Shown here in pieces: positions 57,220 through 64,000 of a DNA stretch of 64,000 nt. The notes below the pieces were generated by a model. The model was not told the origin of the DNA and did no database searches. It saw nothing but the letters and a program-made list of their open reading frames with translations. The DNA lies in IMG/VR virus record IMGVR_UViG_3300009155_000035. One strand, given 5' to 3'. Each line of letters starts with the position of its first letter. Positions within the stretch are counted from its first letter, which is position 1. Origin of the DNA: a virus. Its lineage: Duplodnaviria > Caudoviricetes. The position numbers were made by a program, and so were the translations under genes.

Positions 57220-57554
57220 GAATTGACGAAGTAGCTAGCCAGCCAGATACGGCCAGGCTGGCCGCTTTGGCAGAGTTCCTTCTAGGACGCAGTAATGATA
57301 CAAATGCGTCTAAAACAATTTCTACCGAAGCATTTATAAATTTAGCTGGCGACATGGGTATACCTTTGACTCATCAGCAATTGGTTAAATTTAGTCAAAT
57401 GCCTCCACTGAATGGCATCATTGCCAATGTTGAACCAAATCAGATAACTTTCAAAGGTGCCGAGCCCGATGTTGACGATTCAGACATGAGCATCGACCAA
57501 GCTCGCGCCACTGTTGATAAAATGGCCAAAAGAGCCGCCAGCAAAGGAATATAA
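57216..57554 (+). CDS. Hypothetical protein (MRIDEV start)
   Basis: ATGA overlap, 112 aa. Confidence 0.5.
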   Translation: MRIDEVASQPDTARLAALAEFLLGRSNDTNASKTISTEAFINLAGDMGIPLTHQQLVKFSQMPPLNGIIANVEPNQITFKGAEPDVDDSDMSIDQARATVDKMAKRAASKGI

Positions 57555-57555
57555 C

Positions 57556-57672
57556 ATGCTAGAAACTATTTTTTTAATAGCCATTGGTGCCTTCATTGGG
57601 TGGAATTTTCCTCAACCCGAGTTTGCTCGTAATATTCAGAAAAAAGCAGTTGACTTTTTTTCAAAAAAGTAG
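57556..57672 (+). CDS. Small membrane protein, 38 aa (not in ORF track)
   Basis: MLETIFLIAIGAFIGWNFPQPEFARNIQKKAVDFFSKK; AAAGGA RBS. Confidence 0.6.
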   Translation: MLETIFLIAIGAFIGWNFPQPEFARNIQKKAVDFFSKK

Positions 57673-57678
57673 TATACT
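57650..57678 (+). promoter_or_regulatory. Sigma70-like promoter for the secreted-protein/iscU/iscA operon
   Basis: TTGACT (57650-55), 17 bp, TATACT (57673-78). Confidence 0.7.
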
Positions 57679-57735
57679 AAACTGCTAGGCAAGGCGTTAT
57701 ATAATAGTAACACCTACCTTAAAGGAGAGAGTACT

Positions 57736-58059
57736 ATGAAAAAAATATTTGTAAGCATGTTGTTAGCTGGGGTAATGATGCCAGCATTTGCACAGCATCA
57801 CCAACACCAACATGGACATGGACATGGACATGGATACTGGCACCACCGTGGGCATGGCAGTGGATGGAATTGGGTTGTCCCAGCTGTTATTGGCGGTGCA
57901 GTGGTTTATGGTGTAACACGCCCTGATCCAGTTATTGTACAGCAACCAGTTATTGTGCAACCTCCTGTACAGGTAATACAACGACAAAATTGCAGTCCCT
58001 GGACAGAAACAGAAAATTCTGATGGTACAATTACCCGAACAAGAACATGCGCACAATAA
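57736..58059 (+). CDS. Signal-peptide-bearing His/Gly-rich small protein
   Basis: MKKIFVSMLLAGVMMPAFA signal; HHQHQHGHGHGHG tract; PVIVQQPVIVQPP; two Cys; AAGGAG RBS. Confidence 0.65.
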   Translation: MKKIFVSMLLAGVMMPAFAQHHQHQHGHGHGHGYWHHRGHGSGWNWVVPAVIGGAVVYGVTRPDPVIVQQPVIVQPPVQVIQRQNCSPWTETENSDGTITRTRTCAQ

Positions 58060-58163
58060 CATTAAACAAAATAACCATTGTACCTATCACAGTGATCTGC
58101 ACTTATCTATTGTATAAGATAGGTCTTGAGCTATGGTGTATATCCTACGGACTGTTAAATTAA
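58047..58163 (+). CDS. Small hydrophobic protein, 38 aa (not in ORF track)
   Basis: MRTITLNKITIVPITVICTYLLYKIGLELWCISYGLLN; stop abuts the iscU ATG. Confidence 0.4.
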   Translation: MRTITLNKITIVPITVICTYLLYKIGLELWCISYGLLN

Positions 58164-58556
58164 ATGGCTTACAGCGAAAAAGTTGTTGATCATTACGAAA
58201 ACCCCCGCAACGTGGGCTCCTTTGAAAAGGGCGACGAAGATGTGGGCACTGGCATGGTGGGTGCACCTGCCTGCGGCGATGTAATGAAACTACAAATAAA
58301 GGTGGATCATGATACAGGTATTATTACAGATGCAAAATTTAAAACGTATGGCTGCGGCTCAGCGATCGCGAGCTCGAGTTTGGTTACTGAATGGGTCAAA
58401 GGAAAAACTCTTGACGAAGCCGGGTCAATTAAAAACTCCGAAATCGCTCAAGAGCTAGCTCTTCCACCGGTCAAAATACATTGCAGTATCCTTGCCGAAG
58501 ATGCCATCAAGGCCGCAGTAGAGGACTACAGAAAGAAGCATGCTAACAGTCACTGA
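58164..58556 (+). CDS. iscU: Fe-S cluster scaffold IscU
   Basis: MAYSEKVVDHYENPRNVG, GAPACGDVMKLQI, KTYGCGSAIAS, LPPVKIHCS. Confidence 0.97.
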   Translation: MAYSEKVVDHYENPRNVGSFEKGDEDVGTGMVGAPACGDVMKLQIKVDHDTGIITDAKFKTYGCGSAIASSSLVTEWVKGKTLDEAGSIKNSEIAQELALPPVKIHCSILAEDAIKAAVEDYRKKHANSH

Positions 58557-58860
58557 CAGTGCGGCAAAGAAGATTCAGCAAGTAATTGCCAAACGTGGCC
58601 GGGGTCTGGGCATTCGGCTAGGTGTTAGAACCACAGGTTGCTCGGGGCTAGCTTATGTGTTAGAATATGTAGATAGTCCACAAGAAACTGATCAAACTGT
58701 CGAATGCAATGGATGCAAGATATTCATTGATCCGAAAAGCTGTCCATATTTGCAAGGTGTAACTGTTGATTATGTACGCCAAGGTCTCAATGAAGGCTTT
58801 GAATTTAAAAATCCCAATGAACGTGACCGTTGCGGTTGCGGAGAAAGCTTTAGAATTTAA
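58540..58860 (+). CDS. iscA: A-type Fe-S carrier IscA
   Basis: GIRLGVRTTGCSGLAY, GFEFKNPN, CGCGESF. Confidence 0.95.
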   Translation: MLTVTDSAAKKIQQVIAKRGRGLGIRLGVRTTGCSGLAYVLEYVDSPQETDQTVECNGCKIFIDPKSCPYLQGVTVDYVRQGLNEGFEFKNPNERDRCGCGESFRI

Positions 58861-59570
58861 TGATAACTCAACGCTACAATTATGCACCCCTTGATAGAAC
58901 AACCATTCAAGGCAAGCGACATTATTGTTTGCCCGACGGCAGTAAAGTACCTAGTGTCACTACTATCCTTGATAAAACTAAACCGGCTGAAGCTCGACAG
59001 GCATTGGCTAATTGGAAAAAGCGTGTAGGTGAAACCAAGGCACAGGAAATTACTACAGAAGCCGCAAATCGAGGCACACGCATGCATTCCTACTTGGAAC
59101 ATTATGTATTGCAGGAAGACATGAAGCCCTTGCCAAATAATCCCTTTGCACAACCATCATGGTTCATGGCCGCAGAGGTTATTCTTAAAGGTCTATGTAA
59201 TGTGGATGAATTTTGGGGAGTAGAAGTTCCTGTTTACTACAGTGGCCTTTATGCTGGCACCAGTGACTGCGTTGGCGTCTGGAAGGGCCGTCCAGCCATC
59301 ATGGACTTTAAACAAACTAACAAACCCAAAAAGCGCGAATGGATCGAAGATTATTTCTTACAACTTGCGGCCTATGCTCAAGCACATGATAACATGCATG
59401 GCACAAGTATTGATCAGGGCGTAATTTTAATGGCCGCTCAGCCCAAACTCTTGGAAGATGGCACATATACCACGCCAGAATATCAAGAGTTTGTGGTAGA
59501 AAAAGAAGAATTTGCTCACTGGAAAGATCAGTGGAATCGGCGAGTTGAGTTCTACTATTTGTCTAGCTAA
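58860..59570 (+). CDS. PD-(D/E)XK exonuclease (Cas4/MGME1-like phage exonuclease)
   Basis: PSVTTIL, RGTRMH, E..VY, YAGTSDC, IMDFKQT, YFLQLAAYA. Confidence 0.85.
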   Translation: MITQRYNYAPLDRTTIQGKRHYCLPDGSKVPSVTTILDKTKPAEARQALANWKKRVGETKAQEITTEAANRGTRMHSYLEHYVLQEDMKPLPNNPFAQPSWFMAAEVILKGLCNVDEFWGVEVPVYYSGLYAGTSDCVGVWKGRPAIMDFKQTNKPKKREWIEDYFLQLAAYAQAHDNMHGTSIDQGVILMAAQPKLLEDGTYTTPEYQEFVVEKEEFAHWKDQWNRRVEFYYLSS

Positions 59571-59594
59571 ATACTGGCAAACGAGGATTTCAAC

Positions 59595-61169
59595 GTGGCC
59601 ATAGTACAGATTTCAAGAATAACCAATCGTAAGGGTGCAACCGATAATTTGCCACAGCTGGCAGGTGCTGAGCTTGGGTGGTGTATTGACAGTCGTCGAC
59701 TGTTCATTGGCAATGGTACTTTGCAAGAAGGTGCCCCGGTTATTGGGAACACAGAAATCCTTACAGAATTTTCTGATATTACAGTTTTAAGTAACTACAC
59801 ATATCAAGATGTAGCTGTTGGATATATTGCGGAAACTGGCCCAAGCGCCAGCGACCCCACAATACGAACAGTACAAGCCAAACTTGATGATCAAGCTTGT
59901 GTGCGCGATTTTGGTGCAGTAGGTGATGGCATAACCGATGACACCGCAGCCATTAATCGAGCACTGTACCAACTGTATTGCCGAGAGTCAAATCCACAAA
60001 TTAGAAGAAGTTTGTTTTTCCCAGCTGGTGTTTACTTGGTCACAGAATCTATTGTGATCCCAACTTATGCCAAGTTGATTGGCGAAGGTGCCGATTGCAG
60101 CGTTATTCTATTGTCTACTGATGACAGCTCAATACCGGACTATGTTGCACAATATGGAGATAGTAGACTACAAACAGGCGTTAACATTGGTACCAATGGA
60201 GCCACACCACCTAGAAACATTGAAATTAGCTCAATGTCATTTCAATCAACTAATGTCACTGATATATTCTTGGTCAACTCTGCCACACAATGTTGGTTTG
60301 ACAGTGTGAATTTTATTGGCCCAGTTACACAAACTGAAATTGAAGACAACGGATCAACCCCACTACCAGAAATTACTGGTGTGTCATTTGCTAGTAACGG
60401 AAGTCTTGTAACCAACGACATTACATTTGATAAATGCGGATTTAGCAACATCACCACCGGTATTGGTACCGGCAATGTTATTCGAGCAGTCACTGTAAGC
60501 AACAGCAAATTCAATATACTGTTTCAAGGCATTGTGCTAACCAATGACGGTGACGGCGGAGCAACTGGATTTAGATCAGTGCATAACATGTTTGACAATA
60601 TCTATGCTGAAGGTATTGTATATGATGACGTTAGTTTAAATGCATCGGCATATAACGTTTTTTACAATGTTGGTAATAGTATTGGTAGTGAAACACCCAC
60701 AGGCCCTGTGATTACTTTTACAAATGACATTTGTGTATCTATCAATGACTTATTTGAACGCAGTGATGCAGATGCGTTCACCTACCCTAGAATATCTATA
60801 AGTAACACTAGTTCTTCAACTGGTGGAACTCAATTAACGTTGGGTCGTTATACTCAAGAAAATGGTAAAACGTTTACACTTCAAAATGGTGTGTCCGGAC
60901 AACCAATTTTTAATGTGAACCTAACATACACGAAAGCATTTCAAATGGAATATACAATTACTCGAGACACTGATGTTCGTCATGGTGTATTTGTAGTGGT
61001 ACCATCTACAACAGGTACAGATCCCGCATACACAGATGACTTTACAGAATTTGGTAGCGTAGGGATTGAACTCTCAGCAATACAATCCGGAACACAAGTG
61101 TCCGTTGAATATGATTCAACAGTTAGCTTGCCCGGTACCTTAACTTATACCTTATCATATTTGGCCTGA
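59595..61169 (+). CDS. Tail/baseplate protein with pectate-lyase-3-like beta-helix
   Basis: GTG start; N-terminal AELGW..D.RRLFIGNG; VRDFGAVGDGITDDTAAINRA, LFFPAGVY; TAAATA at 59568-73. Confidence 0.7.
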   Translation: MAIVQISRITNRKGATDNLPQLAGAELGWCIDSRRLFIGNGTLQEGAPVIGNTEILTEFSDITVLSNYTYQDVAVGYIAETGPSASDPTIRTVQAKLDDQACVRDFGAVGDGITDDTAAINRALYQLYCRESNPQIRRSLFFPAGVYLVTESIVIPTYAKLIGEGADCSVILLSTDDSSIPDYVAQYGDSRLQTGVNIGTNGATPPRNIEISSMSFQSTNVTDIFLVNSATQCWFDSVNFIGPVTQTEIEDNGSTPLPEITGVSFASNGSLVTNDITFDKCGFSNITTGIGTGNVIRAVTVSNSKFNILFQGIVLTNDGDGGATGFRSVHNMFDNIYAEGIVYDDVSLNASAYNVFYNVGNSIGSETPTGPVITFTNDICVSINDLFERSDADAFTYPRISISNTSSSTGGTQLTLGRYTQENGKTFTLQNGVSGQPIFNVNLTYTKAFQMEYTITRDTDVRHGVFVVVPSTTGTDPAYTDDFTEFGSVGIELSAIQSGTQVSVEYDSTVSLPGTLTYTLSYLA

Positions 61170-61594
61170 TGTGGCCCGTTACTTTCGAAGAGCGCCTGCA
61201 AGAGTGGAATGACTTACGCAAGGAGCTCGGGTCCCTTACCTTAGAACAACAATTGCCAATTGTTAACGATTGGTGGTTTCGCGCACCCATGATCAATCAA
61301 CATCTTCAATGGGATTCTCATCGCAACTGGCCTGGCCCCTGGGATCTTTTGGCCGAAGACTGCTGGTGCGATGTTGCAAGAGCACTAGGAATAGTGTATA
61401 CTATTATGATGGTTCCTGCTAACAGCAATTGCAGTATTACTATGGCCTGTTGCGATATTGGCAATTTAGTCCTTGTGGAGCAAGGAAAATATATACTGAA
61501 TTGGGCGCCACAAACGATCTTAAATATCGATTCAACAAACATTCAGATACTGCGACAAGTTGACAGCAGTGAGCTACAACGACAATTAGGTTAA
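61169..61594 (+). CDS. Hypothetical protein, possible degenerate transglutaminase-like fold
   Basis: WPGPWDLL, WCDVARALG, LVLV..GKYILN. Confidence 0.35.
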   Translation: MWPVTFEERLQEWNDLRKELGSLTLEQQLPIVNDWWFRAPMINQHLQWDSHRNWPGPWDLLAEDCWCDVARALGIVYTIMMVPANSNCSITMACCDIGNLVLVEQGKYILNWAPQTILNIDSTNIQILRQVDSSELQRQLG

Positions 61595-61597
61595 TAA

Positions 61598-63916
61598 ATG
61601 ACACAAATACAAGTACAAAAACGTGGTGGGCGTAAAGAACCACTAGACCTTGAAAAATTACATAAAGTAGTGTTTTGGGCAACACAAGGAATCACAGGAG
61701 TATCAGCAAGCGAAGTAGAAATCAAAAGTCATTTACAGTTTTACAACGGAATTCCAACAGCAAGCATTCAAGAAACATTGATCAAGTCAGCCGCTGATTT
61801 AATCAGCGAAGAAACGCCAAACTATCAGTATGTTGCCGGGCGCTTAATTTGTTACCACATTCGTAAACAAGTCTACGGTGACTTTACCCCATGCCACATT
61901 CGAGAATTAGTTAAACGTAATGTAGCCAGTGGGTTCTACGATCATGAACTGTTAACAGCATACAGCACTGACGAGTGGGACAAGATCAATGCATTTATAC
62001 GCCATGATCGAGACGAGCAGTTGACATATGCTGCCATGGAACAGTTTCGCGGCAAATACCTAGTACAAAATCGCGTAACAAAAGAAATTTTTGAAACACC
62101 ACAAGTGACCTATGCATTGATTGCTGCCACATTGTTTGTTAACTATCCATCTGAAACAAGATTGCAATGGGTCAAAGACTACTATGACGCAATTAGCACA
62201 CATCAAATCAGTCTGCCTACACCTGTAATGTCTGGTGTTCGCACACCACAACGTCAGTTCTCCAGCTGTGTTCTAATCGAGACTGACGATAGCTTAGATT
62301 CAATCAATGCAACAACGTCTAGTATTGTAAAATATGTAAGTCAAAAGGCAGGTATTGGCATCGGCGCCGGTCGCATTCGTGCTCTTGGTTCACCTATTCG
62401 CAATGGTGATGCTTATCACACTGGTGTAATTCCCTTTTATAAAATGTTCCAGGCGGCTACACGCAGTTGCAGCCAAGGTGGAGTGCGCAATGGCGCGGCT
62501 ACGTTGTATTATCCGATCTGGCATCTTGAAGTTGAGGATCTGTTGGTCCTAAAAAATAACAAAGGCACCGACGACAACCGTGTACGTCATATGGACTACG
62601 GCGTACAGTTTAACAAAGTCATGTATGAACGTTTGCTGACCAATGGAAACATATCATTGTTCTCTCCCAATGATGTTCCCGAAATGTTTGATGCATTCTA
62701 CAAAGATGTTGACCGTTTCCGTGATCTATACGAAGCGGCTGAACGCAATACAAAAATACGCAAGAAAAAGATCAAGGCAATTGATTTGTTTACAATGTTC
62801 ATGCAAGAACGTAAAGACACTGGTCGTGTGTACTTGATGAATGTAGACCACGCCAACAATCATGGCGCATTTATTCCTGAACTAGCACCGATACGTCAAA
62901 GCAATCTGTGCTGTGAAATTAATTTGCCTACAAAACCACTAAACGATATTAATGACCCCAATGGAGAAATTGCATTATGCACACTCAGCGCATTGAACTG
63001 GGGAGTGTTTAAAGAGCCGCAAGACATGGAAAGTGCTTGCACATTGGCAGTGCGTGGACTTGATGCATTGTTGACTTATCAAGACTATCCAGTTCTCGCG
63101 GCAAAAATGGCCACAGACAATCGTCGACCCTTGGGGGTTGGCATCATTAACTTGGCCTACTGGTTGGCCAAGAATGATCTAAGCTACAGCGATCCAGCCG
63201 CATTGGCCAAGGTCGACGAGTGGGCTCAACACTGGAGCTATTACTTGATCAAAGCCAGTGCTGATCTTGCCCAAGAGTTTGGAGCATGCCCCAAGAGCAA
63301 CGAAACAAAATACCATAATGGCGTTCTCCCAGTAGACACATACAAGCAAGAAGTTGATGAGCTTGTACCACACCGTGATGTAGTTGACTGGGCCGGATTA
63401 CGTGAGCAACTTAAACGTACCGGAATTCGAAACAGTACACTGATGGCGTTAATGCCAGCAGAAACAAGTGCTCAAATTAGTAATGCCACCAATGGTATTG
63501 AACCACCACGTAGCTATGTTTCGATCAAACAAAGTAAAGATGGTGTGCTAAAACAAGTGGTGCCAGAGTATCGTAGATTAAAAAACAAATATGAACTTTT
63601 ATGGGATCAAAAATCTCCTGAAGGCTATTTGAAAATTTGTGCAGTTTTGCAAAAATATATTGATCAAGGTATCAGTGTCAATACCAGCTACAATCCACAA
63701 TTTTACGATGAAGAAAAAATTACCATGAGTGACATGCTCAAGCATTTGGTAATGTTCTACAAGTACGGCGGAAAGCAACTTTACTACTTCAATACCTATG
63801 ATGGATCCGGCGAAATTGATATCGACCGACTAGCACAATCCAAATCTATCTTAATTGAAAGCGTTGACACATCGTTAATAGCAGACGATGCAGATTGCGA
63901 CAGTTGTAAAATTTAA
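61598..63916 (+). CDS. nrdA: Class Ia ribonucleotide reductase alpha subunit with ATP cone
   Basis: N-terminal VQKRGG ATP cone, PTPVM, QFSSC, SNLCCEI, CTL, MPAETS, LYY, C-terminal CDSC. Confidence 0.97.
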   Translation: MTQIQVQKRGGRKEPLDLEKLHKVVFWATQGITGVSASEVEIKSHLQFYNGIPTASIQETLIKSAADLISEETPNYQYVAGRLICYHIRKQVYGDFTPCHIRELVKRNVASGFYDHELLTAYSTDEWDKINAFIRHDRDEQLTYAAMEQFRGKYLVQNRVTKEIFETPQVTYALIAATLFVNYPSETRLQWVKDYYDAISTHQISLPTPVMSGVRTPQRQFSSCVLIETDDSLDSINATTSSIVKYVSQKAGIGIGAGRIRALGSPIRNGDAYHTGVIPFYKMFQAATRSCSQGGVRNGAATLYYPIWHLEVEDLLVLKNNKGTDDNRVRHMDYGVQFNKVMYERLLTNGNISLFSPNDVPEMFDAFYKDVDRFRDLYEAAERNTKIRKKKIKAIDLFTMFMQERKDTGRVYLMNVDHANNHGAFIPELAPIRQSNLCCEINLPTKPLNDINDPNGEIALCTLSALNWGVFKEPQDMESACTLAVRGLDALLTYQDYPVLAAKMATDNRRPLGVGIINLAYWLAKNDLSYSDPAALAKVDEWAQHWSYYLIKASADLAQEFGACPKSNETKYHNGVLPVDTYKQEVDELVPHRDVVDWAGLREQLKRTGIRNSTLMALMPAETSAQISNATNGIEPPRSYVSIKQSKDGVLKQVVPEYRRLKNKYELLWDQKSPEGYLKICAVLQKYIDQGISVNTSYNPQFYDEEKITMSDMLKHLVMFYKYGGKQLYYFNTYDGSGEIDIDRLAQSKSILIESVDTSLIADDADCDSCKI

Positions 63917-63933
63917 AAAAAAAGGATAACAAC

Positions 63934-64000
63934 ATGACAGTATTCAACCCTTCCAAAAATCGCGACCACACCACTTCCTTGGCGTTTTTAGATCCACAAG
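63934..64000 (+). CDS. nrdB: Probable ribonucleotide reductase beta subunit (3' truncated)
   Basis: AAGGA RBS, MTVFN...FLDP start directly after nrdA; only 22 codons visible. Confidence 0.6.
   Translation, partial: MTVFNPSKNRDHTTSLAFLDPQ

Noticed and set aside
57810-57836. CATGGA tandem repeat as a DNA-level repeat element
   Set aside because: Explained by the His-Gly coding tract; the GAAGAG run at about 24996-25020 is likewise explained by poly-Glu.
58860-59570. Cas4 as part of a CRISPR system
   Set aside because: It lacks the Cas4 Fe-S cysteines and has no cas neighbours; it fits a common phage PD-(D/E)XK exonuclease.
136-63373. Numerous short antisense or out-of-frame ORFs in the supplied track (e.g. 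8746-9291, 13188-13589, 24275-24811, 31012-31515)
   Set aside because: They lie wholly within well-supported genes on another frame or strand, with no RBS or promoter and no recognisable motifs.
61598-63916. Intein or intron in nrdA (also checked terminase, helicase and recA)
   Set aside because: Lengths and motif spacing are normal, with no Hint or homing endonuclease insertions.
1-64000. Stop-codon reassignment, as seen in some large phages
   Set aside because: Recognisable genes are full length in the standard code, and TAA, TGA and TAG all end ORFs at tight junctions.
1-64000. CRISPR array, tRNA or rRNA genes, IS/transposase
   Set aside because: No regularly spaced direct repeats, cloverleaf or transposase motifs were recognised by eye; the intergenic gaps are short. 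tRNAscan was not run.

Overview
The window is a gene-dense, mostly + strand segment of a large T4-like (myovirus-type) bacteriophage genome, read in the standard genetic code. It holds virion genes: neck, tail sheath, tail tube, head-completion nuclease, small and large terminase, and internal-head-like proteins. It also holds a T4-type replication and recombination set: gp32 SSB, UvsX, UvsY, UvsW, primase, gp41/DnaB helicase, dNMP kinase, NrdA and the start of NrdB. An unusually small DnaE-like (family C) polymerase core is present as well. About 25 accessory modifying enzymes are interleaved with these core genes: glycosyltransferases, three radical SAM proteins, three methyltransferases, three SGNH-like proteins, two sulfotransferase-like proteins, an amidinotransferase, a 2OG-Fe hydroxylase and a cytidylyltransferase-cupin. 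IscU and IscA are also encoded. Two promoter classes are visible: sigma70-type early promoters and TAAATA late promoters. The most notable observations are these. (1) A roughly 70-nt terminator-ended non-coding RNA has an anti-Shine-Dalgarno seed complementary to the ribosome-binding sites of the two early genes just upstream. (2) Several proteins have T4 capsid-targeting-like N-termini and repeated (hydrophobic)-X-E protease sites; they include a Pol-beta nucleotidyltransferase fused to a ligase-like domain. (3) A short DPxWP module recurs inside three unrelated enzymes. (4) A dispersed modification pathway comes with its own Fe-S assembly genes. I recognised no tRNA, rRNA, CRISPR array or transposase. 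All product calls come from motif recognition by eye, not database searches.
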